Of a stretch of DNA of 64,000 nucleotides, positions 12,770 to 27,073 are shown piece by piece (within the stretch, counting starts at the first letter, position 1; each line of letters begins with the position of its first letter). The notes beneath the pieces were generated by a model that ran no database searches, had not been told where the DNA came from, and worked only from the letters and a program-made list of their open reading frames with translations. The translations under genes were made by a program, and so were the position numbers. Origin of the DNA: Chrysomallon squamiferum (Eukaryota > Animalia > Mollusca); the NCBI GenBank assembly GCA_012295275.1, contig CM022670.1, positions 40,114,001-40,178,000 on the forward strand, in the 5' to 3' direction.

Positions 12770-13218
12770 TTCAATCCCGGGGCGTTTACTGTTTCTTTGT
12801 AACTGTTTTTTTTTTTTTTTTATCAAACATCGCCTCCCGTCTGTCAGATCCTGACCCACATTTCACTGGTAACACTGCGGTGAGGACAGGCAGCCCGCTG
12901 TAGACACAAACACACACACACACAACAACAACACTAAACGACCAGGCGAATCAGCAGGCTGGAAGATACCTGTTAAAACCGTTCAATAAAGAGGGTGGCG
13001 TTCGCGAGTTCCCAGGAGGAAAAGACCGGCAATGCTCGCGGAGTAATGAAATCCGCGTTTGGCCTGTGACCAATTTAGCGTTTGGAGCATGCGCGAGTGT
13101 CTGCCTTCAGTAGAGTTTCTGAAACTGGATCCGGAGCGCTTCTCTGACCCTGTTGGGAGAAACATGTAACTTTCTCGGAGAGGGATTACTAAGCAACATG
13201 GAAGAATGATCGCTGGAA
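12770..13218 (+). promoter_or_regulatory. CpG/GC-rich promoter and 5' UTR region of the EGF-kringle-Ig gene
   Basis: GC- and CpG-rich segment directly upstream of the signal-peptide ATG, containing several upstream ATGs. The TSS cannot be determined from sequence. Confidence 0.5.
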
Positions 13219-13291
13219 ATGGCCAGAGACTTTTGGATTATACTGTGGATACTTTGTTTGGATACCTCGACTATTTCTCAAGTCCATACCA
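13219..13291 (+). CDS. First coding exon (signal peptide) of the EGF-kringle-Ig (Tie-like) protein
   Basis: ATG in gaaATGg context with an in-frame stop upstream (13207). It encodes MARDFWIILWILCLDTSTISQVHT, with a hydrophobic core and a plausible V-x-T cleavage site. Donor gtaagt at 13292 is phase 1, compatible with the exon at 56154. The link across 43 kb is inferred. Confidence 0.7.
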
Positions 13292-16200
13292 GTAAGTACA
13301 AGTTTTCATCTTCTACGAGAGTTTTTTTTTTTTTTTTTTAACACTCGTCAAAAGTTTTCTTATACGAAAAAAAAAAAAATTCTATCAGCCCATTCCTTAA
13401 CCGTTTCTCGAAGAGTTCCAAAAATAAACCTGCTGCCATATGTTATTTGTTGCTAGCAGTTGGAAGTAAACCAGCTTTACACAGGTGATAGCGTGCTGTG
13501 CTGTTTCCAAATAAGTCAAATCGTTTTTTTTTTTTTTTCTTTAGCTGTTGTTTAGTATGTTTAAGATAATTCTTAGATAGTGTATTATTTTGTTTTGTTT
13601 TTAATCGTTTAGAAATATTATTTATACAACAGATAAAGTAATGCCCTTTTAATGTTATTTGTGGAAATGAAACGGTTTGTTGGTTAAACTTAAAGAAGAT
13701 AACTATGTGCAGTGTACAGCTATCGTGGTTACAGTCATATAACTTTATTTATTTATTTATTTGTATATCATGTTCATCACAACTAAAACTAAATTCTGTC
13801 ATTGTATATTTAAATAATTAATTAATTTAATATTTAATCTTTTATAGTGTATATTACTAATAGAATTTAGTCAGTTTAAATACTACATATAATGTTACAC
13901 TTTTACTATTATTTTTGAATCATGTAATGTTTATGGTAATATCGTTAATTCAGTGTAAATCTGATATCAAGACAGACAGTGATATGCAAATAAACGCCGT
14001 TATTATATACTGTAGGTTTAATACAAAAATAACAGTAAAAGAAAATTCATTTAAATATAGTAATCTATTTAAAATACAAAATAAATTAAAATAAATACCT
14101 TAACCTAATGATGAAATGTTTAATTTGTGATGTACTGTTAAAATAAAAGTTATTATAAATTAACTGACATGATAACATTTATGAGGTTTGTTACTCCGAA
14201 CCATACTGAAAATTAACAGCATTCTGAAACTATGTACTGGAATCAGAGGTTGTTTCAAAGGTGACTGAAAAATGTGCAGTTAGTCACATGTGTTAGACTG
14301 GTACACCTAGTCACGTGTGTTACACTGGTACAGCGCTTCAAACTTTGGGTGCAGTCTATCAGTGTTTCCAGCAGAGCAGAAAACCGATTTTAGAGAAAAT
14401 AGAAAATTAAAATTTACATTCGCCAGGAAACACCTAGTTGTCGAAACTTGTAGTGAATGTACTGGAATAGATCTGACATTTCAGTAACTAGTAAAAGTAG
14501 CTAATTTCTTATATCAGATTTTAAGAAACCACAAACATGAGTAATTGTATATGTGAAAAGTATGCGCATTTGGTTGTGTACGTGTGTTTGATCTCATGTT
14601 TGTACATTTGTGTATGTGTATGTCTGAGTGTGCGCGTGCGTTTATTTATAGGTGTGTTTATTTATAGATGTCTCGTAATTAACTTTATATGTATATCAGT
14701 AAGAGCACAGGAAATCAAGAGCATGCAGGAAACTGTAAAAGCCAGAAATAGATTGTGTTTATAAATAAAAGCATTTAATATATAGAATAAACCTTGAACA
14801 ATAACCTGATTAAGACAAATTCTATTAATTAAAATGATAAATTAAGTAACATAAATGTAAACAATATTCCTAACAGCAATAACAGCAAATGCCACTGAGA
14901 AAGTAATTAGGTATGTAATAAATAATAAAACAAACAATGTATATATAAAGAAACTTGTTATGTGCTTAATACACACGCACGTACCTAACCCACACACAAA
15001 CAAGAGCTCGAAAAGCAACAGAAGTGGGTATCAGTGTGTGTAGTGAGTGTGAACATTCAGTTTTCAATAATTAGACCTATTTACTGACATAATAAACATC
15101 ATGTTTCTGTTTACACAATAATATTTTCTTTGATTCATTTCGATTATGGAAGGATTTAAAGATCACTTACCAATGATTAAAGCTTTGTGTGTGTGTATGT
15201 GTGTGTGTGTGTGTGTGTGCGTGAGTGCGCGCGGGTGTGTGTGTGTGTGTGTGTGAGTGTGTGTGTGTGTGTCTTTTGTAGAAGACATGCAAAACCGAAA
15301 CCATCTCCGTGAAATTAGTTCGTAATAATGTTAACAAACAACAAACAACCGGATCGAATGTTTTGCAAGTTCTCGGCATCAAGAGAAATCTGCGCGTATT
15401 GATTTATTATATCGCTATAGCCCCGCTTTTGTAGTGCTATGGAATCCTCGCCAACCATTTTTAAACAAGAAAGACGCAGACGATTCTAACGTGAAGCAAA
15501 ATCGTCACCGCAGTCATGTAACCAACGGGACCAGTAAAACAGTGAATGCGTGGAATTCATCTAAACTGTTTTGTAAGCTGTGTTAATGTACACTCAACCA
15601 CACTTACACTAATGCCGGCAATTTGTGGATAATGACCCGTTAGCTTGTCTCCTGAACCCACAGTCAGACGTGATCGTCTGCTGGAAAGGAATCATCAAAA
15701 CACGAGGCAGGAATTGTAATAACTGTTTGTACAGTTCTCTGGTATATCGCCGGATGAAATCAAAGTCTGCTGTTCAGTTTAATAAGTGCGAGTAGACTAA
15801 AGTGGTTATCAGGTACAAAGAGTTGTAATAATTGTTGCATACATTCTCGTATGTATCTCAGTATAAAAAGTACAAACTGACTAATCCGATCATCAAAGTA
15901 ATATTAAAATTATTATATACGTTTTCAGTCTCGGTATAAAAAAGTATAAAAGTAGGTATGATTTTGAGTTCAAATTTAATATTACTAGGGAAAATGAGTA
16001 CTGAGATAACAAAATGAAAACAGTCATTACAGTATTGTGACAAAAAAAATTCATATGACTGTGGAAAATTCTTATTCTAAAATTATCACTTTATTTTTTG
16101 TTGTTCTTTTTAAAGTGAAATATCCAGCTATGATATCAATAATAATAATAACAATAGTAATAATAGTAATAAACATGTGTTACTTTAATTCATACACTAT

Positions 16201-16502
16201 TTCTGTGTAATCAAACAGTTATCTGTTAACTGACTGTGAAATGGAGAAATATTATTGTTGTGTTAAAGAAACAGCTGAAGAAAATGGCGACAATTGGGAT
16301 AACAACCGACGTTCAATCATTTTTATTGAACGTTTCTGCAACACACTTGTTTTGTTATCCAGCCTTTACAAGCTGAACGATAACCCTTCTCCCTCAGCTG
16401 ACAAAACATCTGTTACATTCAGTATGCTCCACTGACGATGATCTACAAATCTCACAGCAACGTCTACGACTGCTATCACTATTACTACACCAATTAATTA
16501 TA

Positions 16503-16663
16503 ATGCTACTAGTATTACTACCACTACTACTGCTGCAACCACTAGTATTACTACTACTACTGCTGCTACTACTAACACTGCTAGTGTTGCTGTTACTCAT
16601 ACTATCAATTACTGTTACTATCAATTATAACAGCATCATCACTGTTGCTGCTGCTACTGCCAT

Positions 16664-16695
<32 letters not shown>

Positions 16696-16710
16696 ATAAC
16701 TAATAATAAT
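16503..16710. repeat. Degenerate (CTA/CTG/TAA)n trinucleotide tract
   Basis: Direct reading. Confidence 0.85.
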
Positions 16711-17519
16711 TTGTTGAAACACATCCCCTGTAATTCGTAGCAATTATTTCTCCAAAAATGTCAAACAATTTCTTCTTAAATATAATACAAATAACAACCA
16801 CAAGAAAATACTTGAATATTACTTGAGCGGAGTCGGCAATTAGTAATTGCAATATAGTACGATGGCTATGAGCGACGGGGGGGGGGGAAACCTCGAGGGG
16901 GTTTAACGTCTCTGGCTTCTTCGACCATTCTTCACCCCTCGGGCTGAGTGGGCTCTTAAAAACTGACCCTGTTTTCAGGTCATCCCATTGTGTTACGGTT
17001 TTGCTTGTGTTTGTGGCCGAGCGTGAAGTCCAAGGCCCCCACCTCTCCCGTCGGACGCGGATAACAACACCGCTAATTATGGTCCGTGTTTCAGGTCAAT
17101 GGCGCACGGATTCGAGCTGAAGTGGGGACAAGATTTTTGTAATTAGTGAGACTGAACAAACGTCTGTGTTTGGATAGCCTGGTTAATGGTGGTGGTACGT
17201 CCGAGTCTGCCAAGTTGTTAAAACTGTGGTGTAATGACGTTACCGACGTCTGCGCTTTTAGTGGTTGAAATGATAAAAAATAAAAAATAAAAAAAAAAAA
17301 ATAAAAATAAAAATAAAAAATGATGTCAGTAAACACGAAGGTCTGATGAAGGTTGTTGTGAAATAATGTTTTTGTTTACGGTCAAGATAGAAAAAAAAAC
17401 AAGAAAAAAAAAAAAACAATCCTACATAAACAAACCAATGCTCCAATAATCTCTTTGTCCTTCATTAATCGTTAAATCTTTATTGCAGTTGTTCATTTAT
17501 TAGATCTGTTATTTTTTTA

Positions 17520-17597
17520 TTGTTACTGTTATTCTTCTTCTTATTGTTATTGTTATTGTTATTATTGTCGTTGTGGTTATTGTTGTTGTTGTTGTTG

Positions 17598-17651
<54 letters not shown>
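17520..17651. repeat. (TTG)n/(TTA)n compound microsatellite
   Basis: Direct reading. Confidence 0.9.
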
Positions 17652-17653
<2 letters not shown>

Positions 17654-17929
17654 CTTTTGCTGTAGAGCTTGTTTGCACCTCAGTGTCAGAATTTACGTCT
17701 GGTTTCATCATCGACTCTCCTGGGCGAATCCTTCGAGTTATTTCCTATCTCAGCGCCCAGGATGCGTGATTTCCTCTTCTGTATAAAGATTCTTTATTTA
17801 AATCACTAACTGCAGTCTAATGGACTAGTGGAAGCTGGTTTCCTTTCTTAAACTAGCATTACAAGAATCGTTTGTCTGAATCGTAACGAGTGCTGACTGA
17901 GAATTTAAATGTTCATAAAGAACACTCTC

Positions 17930-18120
17930 TTTTAACTGTTTGGTCTAGAAAAAGTTCACATTTGTATACTGCTGTGTTACTGTCAATGAAATCGTTATCA
18001 TTTACGAACAATAATAATACTGGTAACTGTTTATTAAACAAAACTCATTTAATCGTTTGGTCTGGCGAATAGCACGTATTTATATACTGTTCTGTTGCTG
18101 TGAATGAAACTGTCATAATA
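17930..18120. repeat. Diverged local tandem duplication, ~120-bp period
   Basis: The segment gtttggtct...tatactg(c/t)t..gtt(a/g)ctgt..atgaaa occurs twice. Confidence 0.5.
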
Positions 18121-19901
18121 TATTATGAGCAACTAATTCTCATGCACAGTAACTATCTGCATATATTTAGAACTCTCTAATGAAAATAATAATTACATCC
18201 GCCGAAACTGTGTAGGTAAATGAAGCACTCTAAACCGAGTTTAATGACTCTTCACGTTTTCGTGACATCTTGATTTGTTTTCGTCCGGAGATGTTTCGTG
18301 TTATCTTCAAACGATTTCAGCGCCAGGGAAAGAAGCACCTCTCGTTTATCTAGTTTTTCAGGAGGAGTCCATTAACGTTGCGAGCACGTTGCCGTCAATG
18401 TGGTCGACAGAAAGTCGCCCACGTTCTTCCCCGCTCATCATTCTTACCCACAGATGTTGAGCATCGCTCACCTACATACAGATGATAGCTAACACTTTCA
18501 GTGTGTTACACGCATCAACTAATAGCGAAAGACATTTCGTGTCTGTTAACAGCTGCTTTGTATAATATGTACGTAACAGTTCTATTCAGTCGATGCGGAA
18601 TCGCTGTACTCTGTCGTACCGTGTTAATTATTTACTAAATTAGCGAGGTGAGGATTTTAATAACAGTTGCTGTTGTATGGTAGGCTGGTCGATTAGAATG
18701 TACTCTGCGGTATTCAACCTGTTTTTTCAAATATCTCTTATCTCATCTTTTATCCATATCAGTCTAGACCATACCCAGCGACCAGATGAACTTGAATATC
18801 ATAATCTGAAATTCCCAAACATTAACATAACTCTCTCAACACCAAATCGTACCAGCCTCTCGATGGGTTTTATGGAATGAACCACAGAGGCTTTGAGATC
18901 GAATCTTTGACTTCAGCTGGACGGACTGGGTGATTAATGAATATTCAGTCTGGAGTTTTATAAAACAAACTCACGTTCATTCATGTGTTAATCAGAACTT
19001 GAAGATGAGAGATTCCCCAGACACGTCCCGCTGGGTTCTGTATCAGAAAACAGTGAAGGTTACAGAACGGAATCATGTTCCCAAATTACCGTACAAATAA
19101 TATATTCTGTCTCAAGAGGTCGTTACAGTAGGAGAAACACGAAACCAGAAATGTATTTCACACTGAGATGACCATCGAAACTTATTCTTGGCTCCTGGGA
19201 GGGAAAAGGGTAAATATGTGTGCACTGTGGGCAGAAATGATCAATTATAGTTCAGACTGACGTACATGAACCACGCGCCCAACAATCGAGATCACCTGGT
19301 GAACGAGTGAGCGGCTTTCAGCACGTTTCCCTCTCTTTGCGGCATGTCGGCTGAAGTCGCTGGACGTTTGCCAGTCTAAACTCCAGTCTGAACTCCAGTT
19401 TCCGAGTCTGCTTCGTGTACGTCACGCGTGAAGCAGTCGGCTGGTTTTGGGCGGTGCCCAGTATTTCTCGCTAGTCAGTCAAAGCGCTCAACATACTAGT
19501 TCCTTCATAAAATATACACGTTATATTAACTGATATACAAAATATGGAAATGATATGAAAACTAAAAAAAAAAAAAAAAAAAAAATCAAAGAAATGACCC
19601 CCAACTATCTAGTTGACGAAAATAACAAGGAAACAATAAAAGAAATGAAACAACGAAAGTTTATCGACTACAAACAAAAACAATAGATCAGAATTTCGTG
19701 CAGGTTAGATATTAACTGTTGTGTCGCGCAGGTTAAAGGTGCTATAAAAATAATAAACTGTTATGAAAAGGAAATAACTGTTTGCTGCTGTCATCTTTAA
19801 TCACGACCAGGTAGAGGAAATGAGAGTTATTTGTTTGACAGTTCATAAACATTATCAGCTCTATTTAGACGTGTTTCAACATTATAAGCAAATAACATGA
19901 C

Positions 19902-19932
<31 letters not shown>

Positions 19933-20419
19933 GACTTTAACAACAATAACAACAAAAATTGAAAAAATTCCCCAATCACGCAGCAGCAACGTTTAAAATA
20001 GCTAATTCTACGAATAAACATATTACGTGCTAGTGTTATTAGAATTTGGTTAAGGAAAGAATTAATGAATAGACAGGTGAAAGGCTGTATTTATGATTTC
20101 AAAAACTTAGAGCATAGTCATAGTGATGGATATAATCTTGGAACTACAAGGAAAACAAAAAAAAAACAGGTGAACAAAACCAGTTCAGCTCTCTTGCATC
20201 GGTTCCACAAGACTGTAGCGTGTTACAAGTGGAGTAACATTAGTCATCATTCACCTGTTACATTCTTGTTACGTCAGACGTTAAAAGGTTCTATTTTTAA
20301 ACGACACAAGTGCTATTTTAGCCGACTGGAACAGCCTGAAATTTATCTTGATGCAGATAATAAAATATTACGTTTGACTTTAGATGTATTTCAAGAAGAT
20401 TGATGCTACCACTAATCTC

Positions 20420-20481
<62 letters not shown>

Positions 20482-22009
20482 GTAAACTGCAAGCATTACT
20501 AGGCATAATGGTATTACATTCTGACACACGTAAATTAATTACTCGTTTCATTCAGAGCAGCCGCTTCTTGTATACATTATTAATTCGTAACGACAGAGCG
20601 CGTCCCTCGCTGAAAGCTGCAGTTTAATTCACTGGATGCCGCGTGTCGTCCTGTAACGTGTGACTCTAACCATTCAAATATTCTGGGGCTTTTTTAACTG
20701 CCAGACCTTTGATGCGAAAATAACCTAATTGTACATGGGTTACAGTTTCCATTGTCACACCAGTGTTTCAACGAGGAGCTTTCCCTTTTGAACTCAACAA
20801 CTGTTCACGTTTAATTGATACGTACGTACAAACGGTTATTGACTTGCAGTTGGTTTCTTTGTACGATATATTGAGTGTGGTATGGATTTTGTTCCTTAAT
20901 GCGTATAAAACACAAACTGTTTATTCAACTCTATTGTAATTTCTTTTCTTTTCTTTTTTTTTTTTTAATTTTTTTTATTTTTACTCTTGGCTGGTTAATG
21001 CACTACATTTACTTTTCAAAGGGAGTTGGTTATATCTCCTAATTAGATTTTCTTTTCTGAAAGGATATTGAAAACATTTTTGTTTTTTTTAAAACAACAA
21101 CAACAACAACAACAACAACAAAACCGTTTCTAGAACAAGCAGAGTGTTCTAAATTCGCCTGTTTTGAGAAAGAAGCAAAACAACGACGTTCTGAATTTAT
21201 ATTCAGTACATTAGAGTTTTTTTTTTTTTTCTCCTTCAAATTATTTGTGTTGAGGCAACAAGTGTAACCCAAGCTCCAGGGCAAACGAATGCAAGCGATG
21301 TGTAACTAAAACATATGGAGTTAAGCAAAACATGATGTAATTCAGCCAACCCAGGAACGAAGAGAACTCAAGATTTCCCACAACATTCGTAAATTTCTCT
21401 CTGCGTGGAATGTACTTAGAGATGTTAAACCCTCTAAGCAAATTTTTCTTTTTCTCTGATTTATTTTTATCTAGTCATTATAAGCATCCTCAACATTATA
21501 ATCATCTACACTATTATTATTATTATTTCATTATCATAATTATCATCTTCATTACTATTATTTTAGCATCATCATCATCATCATCATCCTCAACATCACA
21601 ATCATATTCACCGTTATTAATATTATTTCAATATCATCTTCATTATTGTTTTATCATCATCATCGTTGTCATCATCATCATCATCAACATCACAGTCATC
21701 TTCATCATTATTATTTTATTATCATTAATATCGTTTTCGTCTTCATTTTCTTCTTCATGATCAGTATTAGTAATATTATTATTATTTTTTATTTATTTTT
21801 TATTTTTTATTTTGTTTTGTCTTCTTGTTACCGATTTCTTTCTTTTCATTAAACAGAAAGACGCTAGAGTAATTAATAAACATTTTCCAGAGTAAAATTT
21901 TGATATTTTTTATGGAAGCAAACTTAGAAAACATCACAGTTTATCAGTCAGATGTTTCATCTCAGACTGATTTCTGCTATCTGTTACAAACGTTCTGTAG
22001 GATGCAGTG

Positions 22010-22022
22010 AGGTCAGAGGTCA
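22010..22022 (+). promoter_or_regulatory. Perfect DR1 nuclear-receptor element AGGTCA-G-AGGTCA
   Basis: Exact consensus direct repeat with a 1-nt spacer. Function is untested. Confidence 0.35.
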
Positions 22023-22860
22023 CTGTGCTGATTCTTCTCTCGCGAACTTACTAACTTAATAACCAAACCAAACTCTGGACAGACCCTCCATGCTGCTGGG
22101 TCTGCTTGCCTAGAAGATCATGATTGGGTCTTAATTGTATTTTATCTCGGACAAAACAGCTACACGAAACTGAACTGATTCGACCTGAAGCTCCTCTTTC
22201 CACAGGTTAGACAGACATGAACGTACATCCATCTTAGCATGCTGCAGATAACGGGAACTAATCCATTTTAAACTATCATTTATATATATGCGTCAGTTTT
22301 ATCGAAATTCAAGTACTCAGTGTATGGCATTTTCCATATATTTCAGTTATTTGAAACGTGTAGCTATAAAATATAATTAATGAATAAATATTTCGTAATT
22401 CAAATACTGAATGTACGCCAGTTTTAATGTATTTCACGTTACTGAAACGTGTATCTATTTTAAAAGCATCATAGAATTTTAAATTAGTGCAGACAGGCCT
22501 ACGTGTCCATTTTATAGAATATACGACTGTCGTAACATGTTAAACGTAATGAATATACGTGTAATGTAAAGTAATATTAACGTATTTCAAATAAAGAAAA
22601 CACATCTACTGTAATGACTATAATAATGAAATAACTTCAGACAGTGAATAACTATGGCTCTATTTTAACGCACTTCACATACTGAACTGTCGTAATGTAT
22701 TAGAGATAAAGAGTAAGCGTCTGTTGTTACGTAAAGCAGATAATGATTACATGTCTACTATAATATATTGTAAAGTTATACAACATAATGCAGAGAGTGA
22801 ATATCATTTTTAACATGCTGCAGATAGTAAATACTTATTACGGAAGATGAATACGTTTCT

Positions 22861-23242
22861 GTTGTAATGTATTATAGATAACAAAACTGTGACGTATTGT
22901 GACGTATCACAGACAATAACGTAACGTACTGTAACGTATTACAGATAATAGAACTGTAATGTATTGTAACGTATTACAGATAACAGAACTATAACGTATT
23001 ATAACGTATAACAGAACTGCAATGTATTTTAATGTATCACAGATAACAGAACTATAACGTATTATAACGTATTACAGATAACAGAATTGTAACGTATTAC
23101 AGATAACAGAACTGTAACGTAGTACAGATAACAGAACTATAACGTATTATAACGTATTACAGATAACAGAATTGTAACGTATTACAGATAACAGAATTGT
23201 AACGTATTACAGATAACAGAACTGTAACGTATTACAGATAAC
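22861..23242. repeat. Minisatellite, 25/35-bp unit GTAACGTATTACAGATAACAGAACT
   Basis: Roughly a dozen tandem copies, with an optional extra 10-bp GTAACGTATT submotif. Confidence 0.92.
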
Positions 23243-24989
23243 GCACACGCTTCCTTTGTAACGCATCTAGAACATCTAAGTTTGAATCGACTCCGTCTTT
23301 GCCGGTGTGCCAGTGTTTGTTCTTTAAACAAAACCGTGATTACAAACATGAAGGACAAGTCTTCATTTCAGTCTCGGATTCCAGCAGCGGATTCCTGCAG
23401 GATCGCTGGAAGCACGGTGTCAGTAAATAAGATAACACGGGCTGTATTCCTTCAGGTCGTTCTGTGTAATTGGTTAATCTTGCTGGAAACTGAATCCCGA
23501 CGTCATCGCACGAGCAGACGCTGTACACATGCGATGTATGGACAGCTACGTCGCACGAGAACATCTCCTCGTCCTGGCAGTTTATTATGATTGATTTTCA
23601 AACACGTCTGAGAGTTTGGGTGATGATGACTTGTAGTTGTGAATAAAGTAGAAGAAAACGACTTTGACTCGAAGGGGGTTCGAGTTTATATTGTGGATGG
23701 ACGTTAAATAATGATGCTGCTGCTGCTGATGATGATAATAAAAAAAAAAAAAGAAGAATGATATATAATGATTAAGGAGGCAGTTTTGTGGGGGGAGGTT
23801 TCAATTTATTATTATTATTATTAATCAGGGTTTTGTTGTTGTTGTTTTTTTGATGGGTCCTTTTCTTCTTCTTTTTTTTTTTTCACAGTGAACATAAATT
23901 TCAGGCAACAAAAATATTTGTGAATTATCTGTTAAATCATACATCTTCTTAAGCGGGACTAATTCTTGTTGTATTTTTTTCTTTCTTTTTACTTCCTTTC
24001 TATATTTATTTATTTAACCTTAGTGATGCTTTGCCCGATTTTCCCACCACCCGAACTCACAAAATCTATATTTTATATTACTTATTCTTTCTACAAACAA
24101 AACTAAAACTAACAGCAAAACGAATAATCAGAACAGAATGCAGACAGACCAAAACGGAAACTAAGAAGACCAAAAAAATGGCTTTGATTTAGTTTCCGAT
24201 CGTCAACTATTATTTTTTTTTTTTTTTTTTTTTTTTTCATTTGTTCGTTTAGAAGTAATTTACTATTAGCATCCTCGGTTCCTTCGTTCTCAGCAGTTAT
24301 CGTGTATCCCCATCCATCTAGGAACTTCGTGCAGAGGGGAAAGAAACACCCTGCTGATCCGATTAGCCGCTGGCATTTAGAAACGTTGCATGGGGAAAAA
24401 AATAAAAAATTCACTCAACATAAATATCAGTTACAGTTGTTCATAATAGGCCTAATTTGTCAGAGTCTGGAATTTCAAGCTGTAATTTGTTTAATCGAAC
24501 TCAGATTGTTTCCGATGATGAACGGTTTCAATTTCTTTCTTTTTTTCTTCTTTTTTTATTATTTGTGACCAGTATTTCGTGGCCCTGTCATTGTCATTAG
24601 ACTGCGATGAGAAAAAGTGGGGGCTATTAAACGCAATTATGATTGTCTCTCACTGTGCTGTTTGTGCTGTGGTAATTAGTGGAAGGCGTCTGCCTGTCTA
24701 AGAGGAAAGTTATTACTCTCGGGGAGGGAAGGTATCAGCAGGTCACTTAGTTTGTTATTCTTCACTAAAGAAGAAATAATATTTATTAGTGTACCTGTGT
24801 TACTAATAGTTCTGTTGGTGGTGTTTGTAGTAGCAGCAGTACCGGTGGTAATAATGGTAATTATAATTGTGTTGTGGATGGTGGTAATGGCAGTGGTAGT
24901 AGTAGTAGTAGTAGTATAATAGTAGTAGTAGTAATAGTAGTAGAAAAAGAAGCAACAGTATTAGTAAACCTTTAAATATGCCGAGAGCC

Positions 24990-24992
<3 letters not shown>

Positions 24993-25081
<89 letters not shown>
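24993..25081. repeat. (AG)n microsatellite
   Basis: Direct reading. Confidence 0.95.
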
Positions 25082-25083
<2 letters not shown>

Positions 25084-26639
25084 AAATTAAATGTTTAAAC
25101 TACACGTTATAAAATTTAATAACTGAAAACGTCAGCCTGAACACTGAATATTCAAAACACGATTAGACATAAAAGTATGTACGGTTGAAGGATCAAACAA
25201 ATTAATGTAAAACGAATCAGTAATGGGAAAGAAGCGAAGAATCCACGTGGGAAATAAAGCAGCTGATTTCACCAGTAGGCACTTGTGTTTCAACAAACAC
25301 ATCCTGGGATTAATATCTTCTTTTTTTTTCAAACACAATACACTACTCGATGCATGTAATTGTTTCTTGATCATACAGCGATGATCTTCACTTCGAATGA
25401 TCATCTCTTCATCAAGACCCATGTTATCAGTCTGCGTCAACACGTTCTGCCCTCACGCCATTAATAACCGCGGCTAAACAATTGTCCCCCGTCTCATCTT
25501 TTATCCATCTTAGTTTAATTAAAAAGAAAAATATTCCCAAAAGCAAGAAATTCTTTTCTCTGTTAACAAGACGAATATCAATTGATTTTCGTCTTTCGTT
25601 TTCATCACAAAAGTCGTTTCGTCTAAGGCGCACTTTCTCGACAAAAAAGGACGGGAAAAGCAGGTTTGAATCTCGAACTCGGCTCAGCGGGGTCCAAGCA
25701 GTCCTTGCTTTTTTCCCCTAATGTGTCCGGAACTGCCTCTCCATTAATGAATGGTCATCTGTCACCAAGGAACAACTACACACTGGAGGCGAAGGCCGGA
25801 ATAATTACCTCGGATAGCGTGCATAATCATCTCTGGGAAACTGCGGTCCGGGAATAAGTGGCCGCATGGGAGGAATGTACCACAGAAGAAAAAAAGATGA
25901 GTTCTTTGTGCGATCGGGACCTTGTTTGCTTTCGTTCGCAGTCAGCGTTGGATTAAAGTCTTAATAAGAAAACACTTCACGTTATATGACGCTAATAGCA
26001 CCCGATTTGTGAGTTGATTTTAAAATTTCCGGGTGAAGAAGATTTAGAGAGCTCGCCACTGCCGAAGTTAAAGCCTGTAGCAGACGCGGTTGACAAGAAG
26101 AATTAGTTCATTTTTAATTGTCACCACGACACTTGATTGAACCGTGAAAGAATGAATGAATGAACAAAATAAATAATAATATTATTTTAAAGATCCTAAA
26201 CTCGTTTTTGAATGTTAACATTTTTTTTTTTTAATGTTTTTATGTTAAAACTGCGACGTAATTGGAAATCTTTGATATTGATCTTGCCATAGACAATAAT
26301 AACACTCAAACAGTGAAGTTTGATAAATAGGTTATTGGAGTACAGGTTAGAACGGGTGTTTGCGAGAAAAATAAACCAAGGAGAATTGACCAACATGTCA
26401 GAAACTCGTGTGCAACGTTTGATACGCTGCTTGAAATAGAAATAAACGGCATGATCTGTATGTTTTAAATATAAATAAAATTAAATAAAATAATCCGTCA
26501 TTCTGATGATAATTGTTTACAGTTTAAATAACTTTAATTTAATAAACTGCACTTGTCTTTGTTAGTATTCTTTCAAATATTAAACTTGTATTAAAAAAGG
26601 TTTCATACATTTCACACATTATTTTTTTTTCTGCGACAG

Positions 26640-26695
<56 letters not shown>

Positions 26696-27073
26696 GACTG
26701 AAGTTTCCTCATAAAACTGACTGCAAACATACAAATTTTATTTTTATAAATATATAACTTTGACTTTGAATTTGTTTTAACAGATAATAACGCTTCTCAT
26801 ACGACTGACTGTAAACACGATTTACTTGAAACCAGCGAAATAACTCAAGAACGTTGGACGGTGTTTACGCAAAAATGTTTCTCGTGTAATAACGTTCCCA
26901 AGCTGCCATTATAATATCATATCCAAAATGACATACGGGATACGCTGTAATACTGGGACATGCTGTGACAGTAGTTGACATTTTAGCAAATGTTAGCAGC
27001 AGGAAATTGACGTATACCATTACAATAAATATTTAATGATATTTATTAACATTTCTTATTTCTCTCTCTTCAG

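Noticed and set aside
22861-23242. CRISPR-like periodicity
   Set aside because: Units are contiguous with no unique spacers, there are no cas genes, and the context is eukaryotic.
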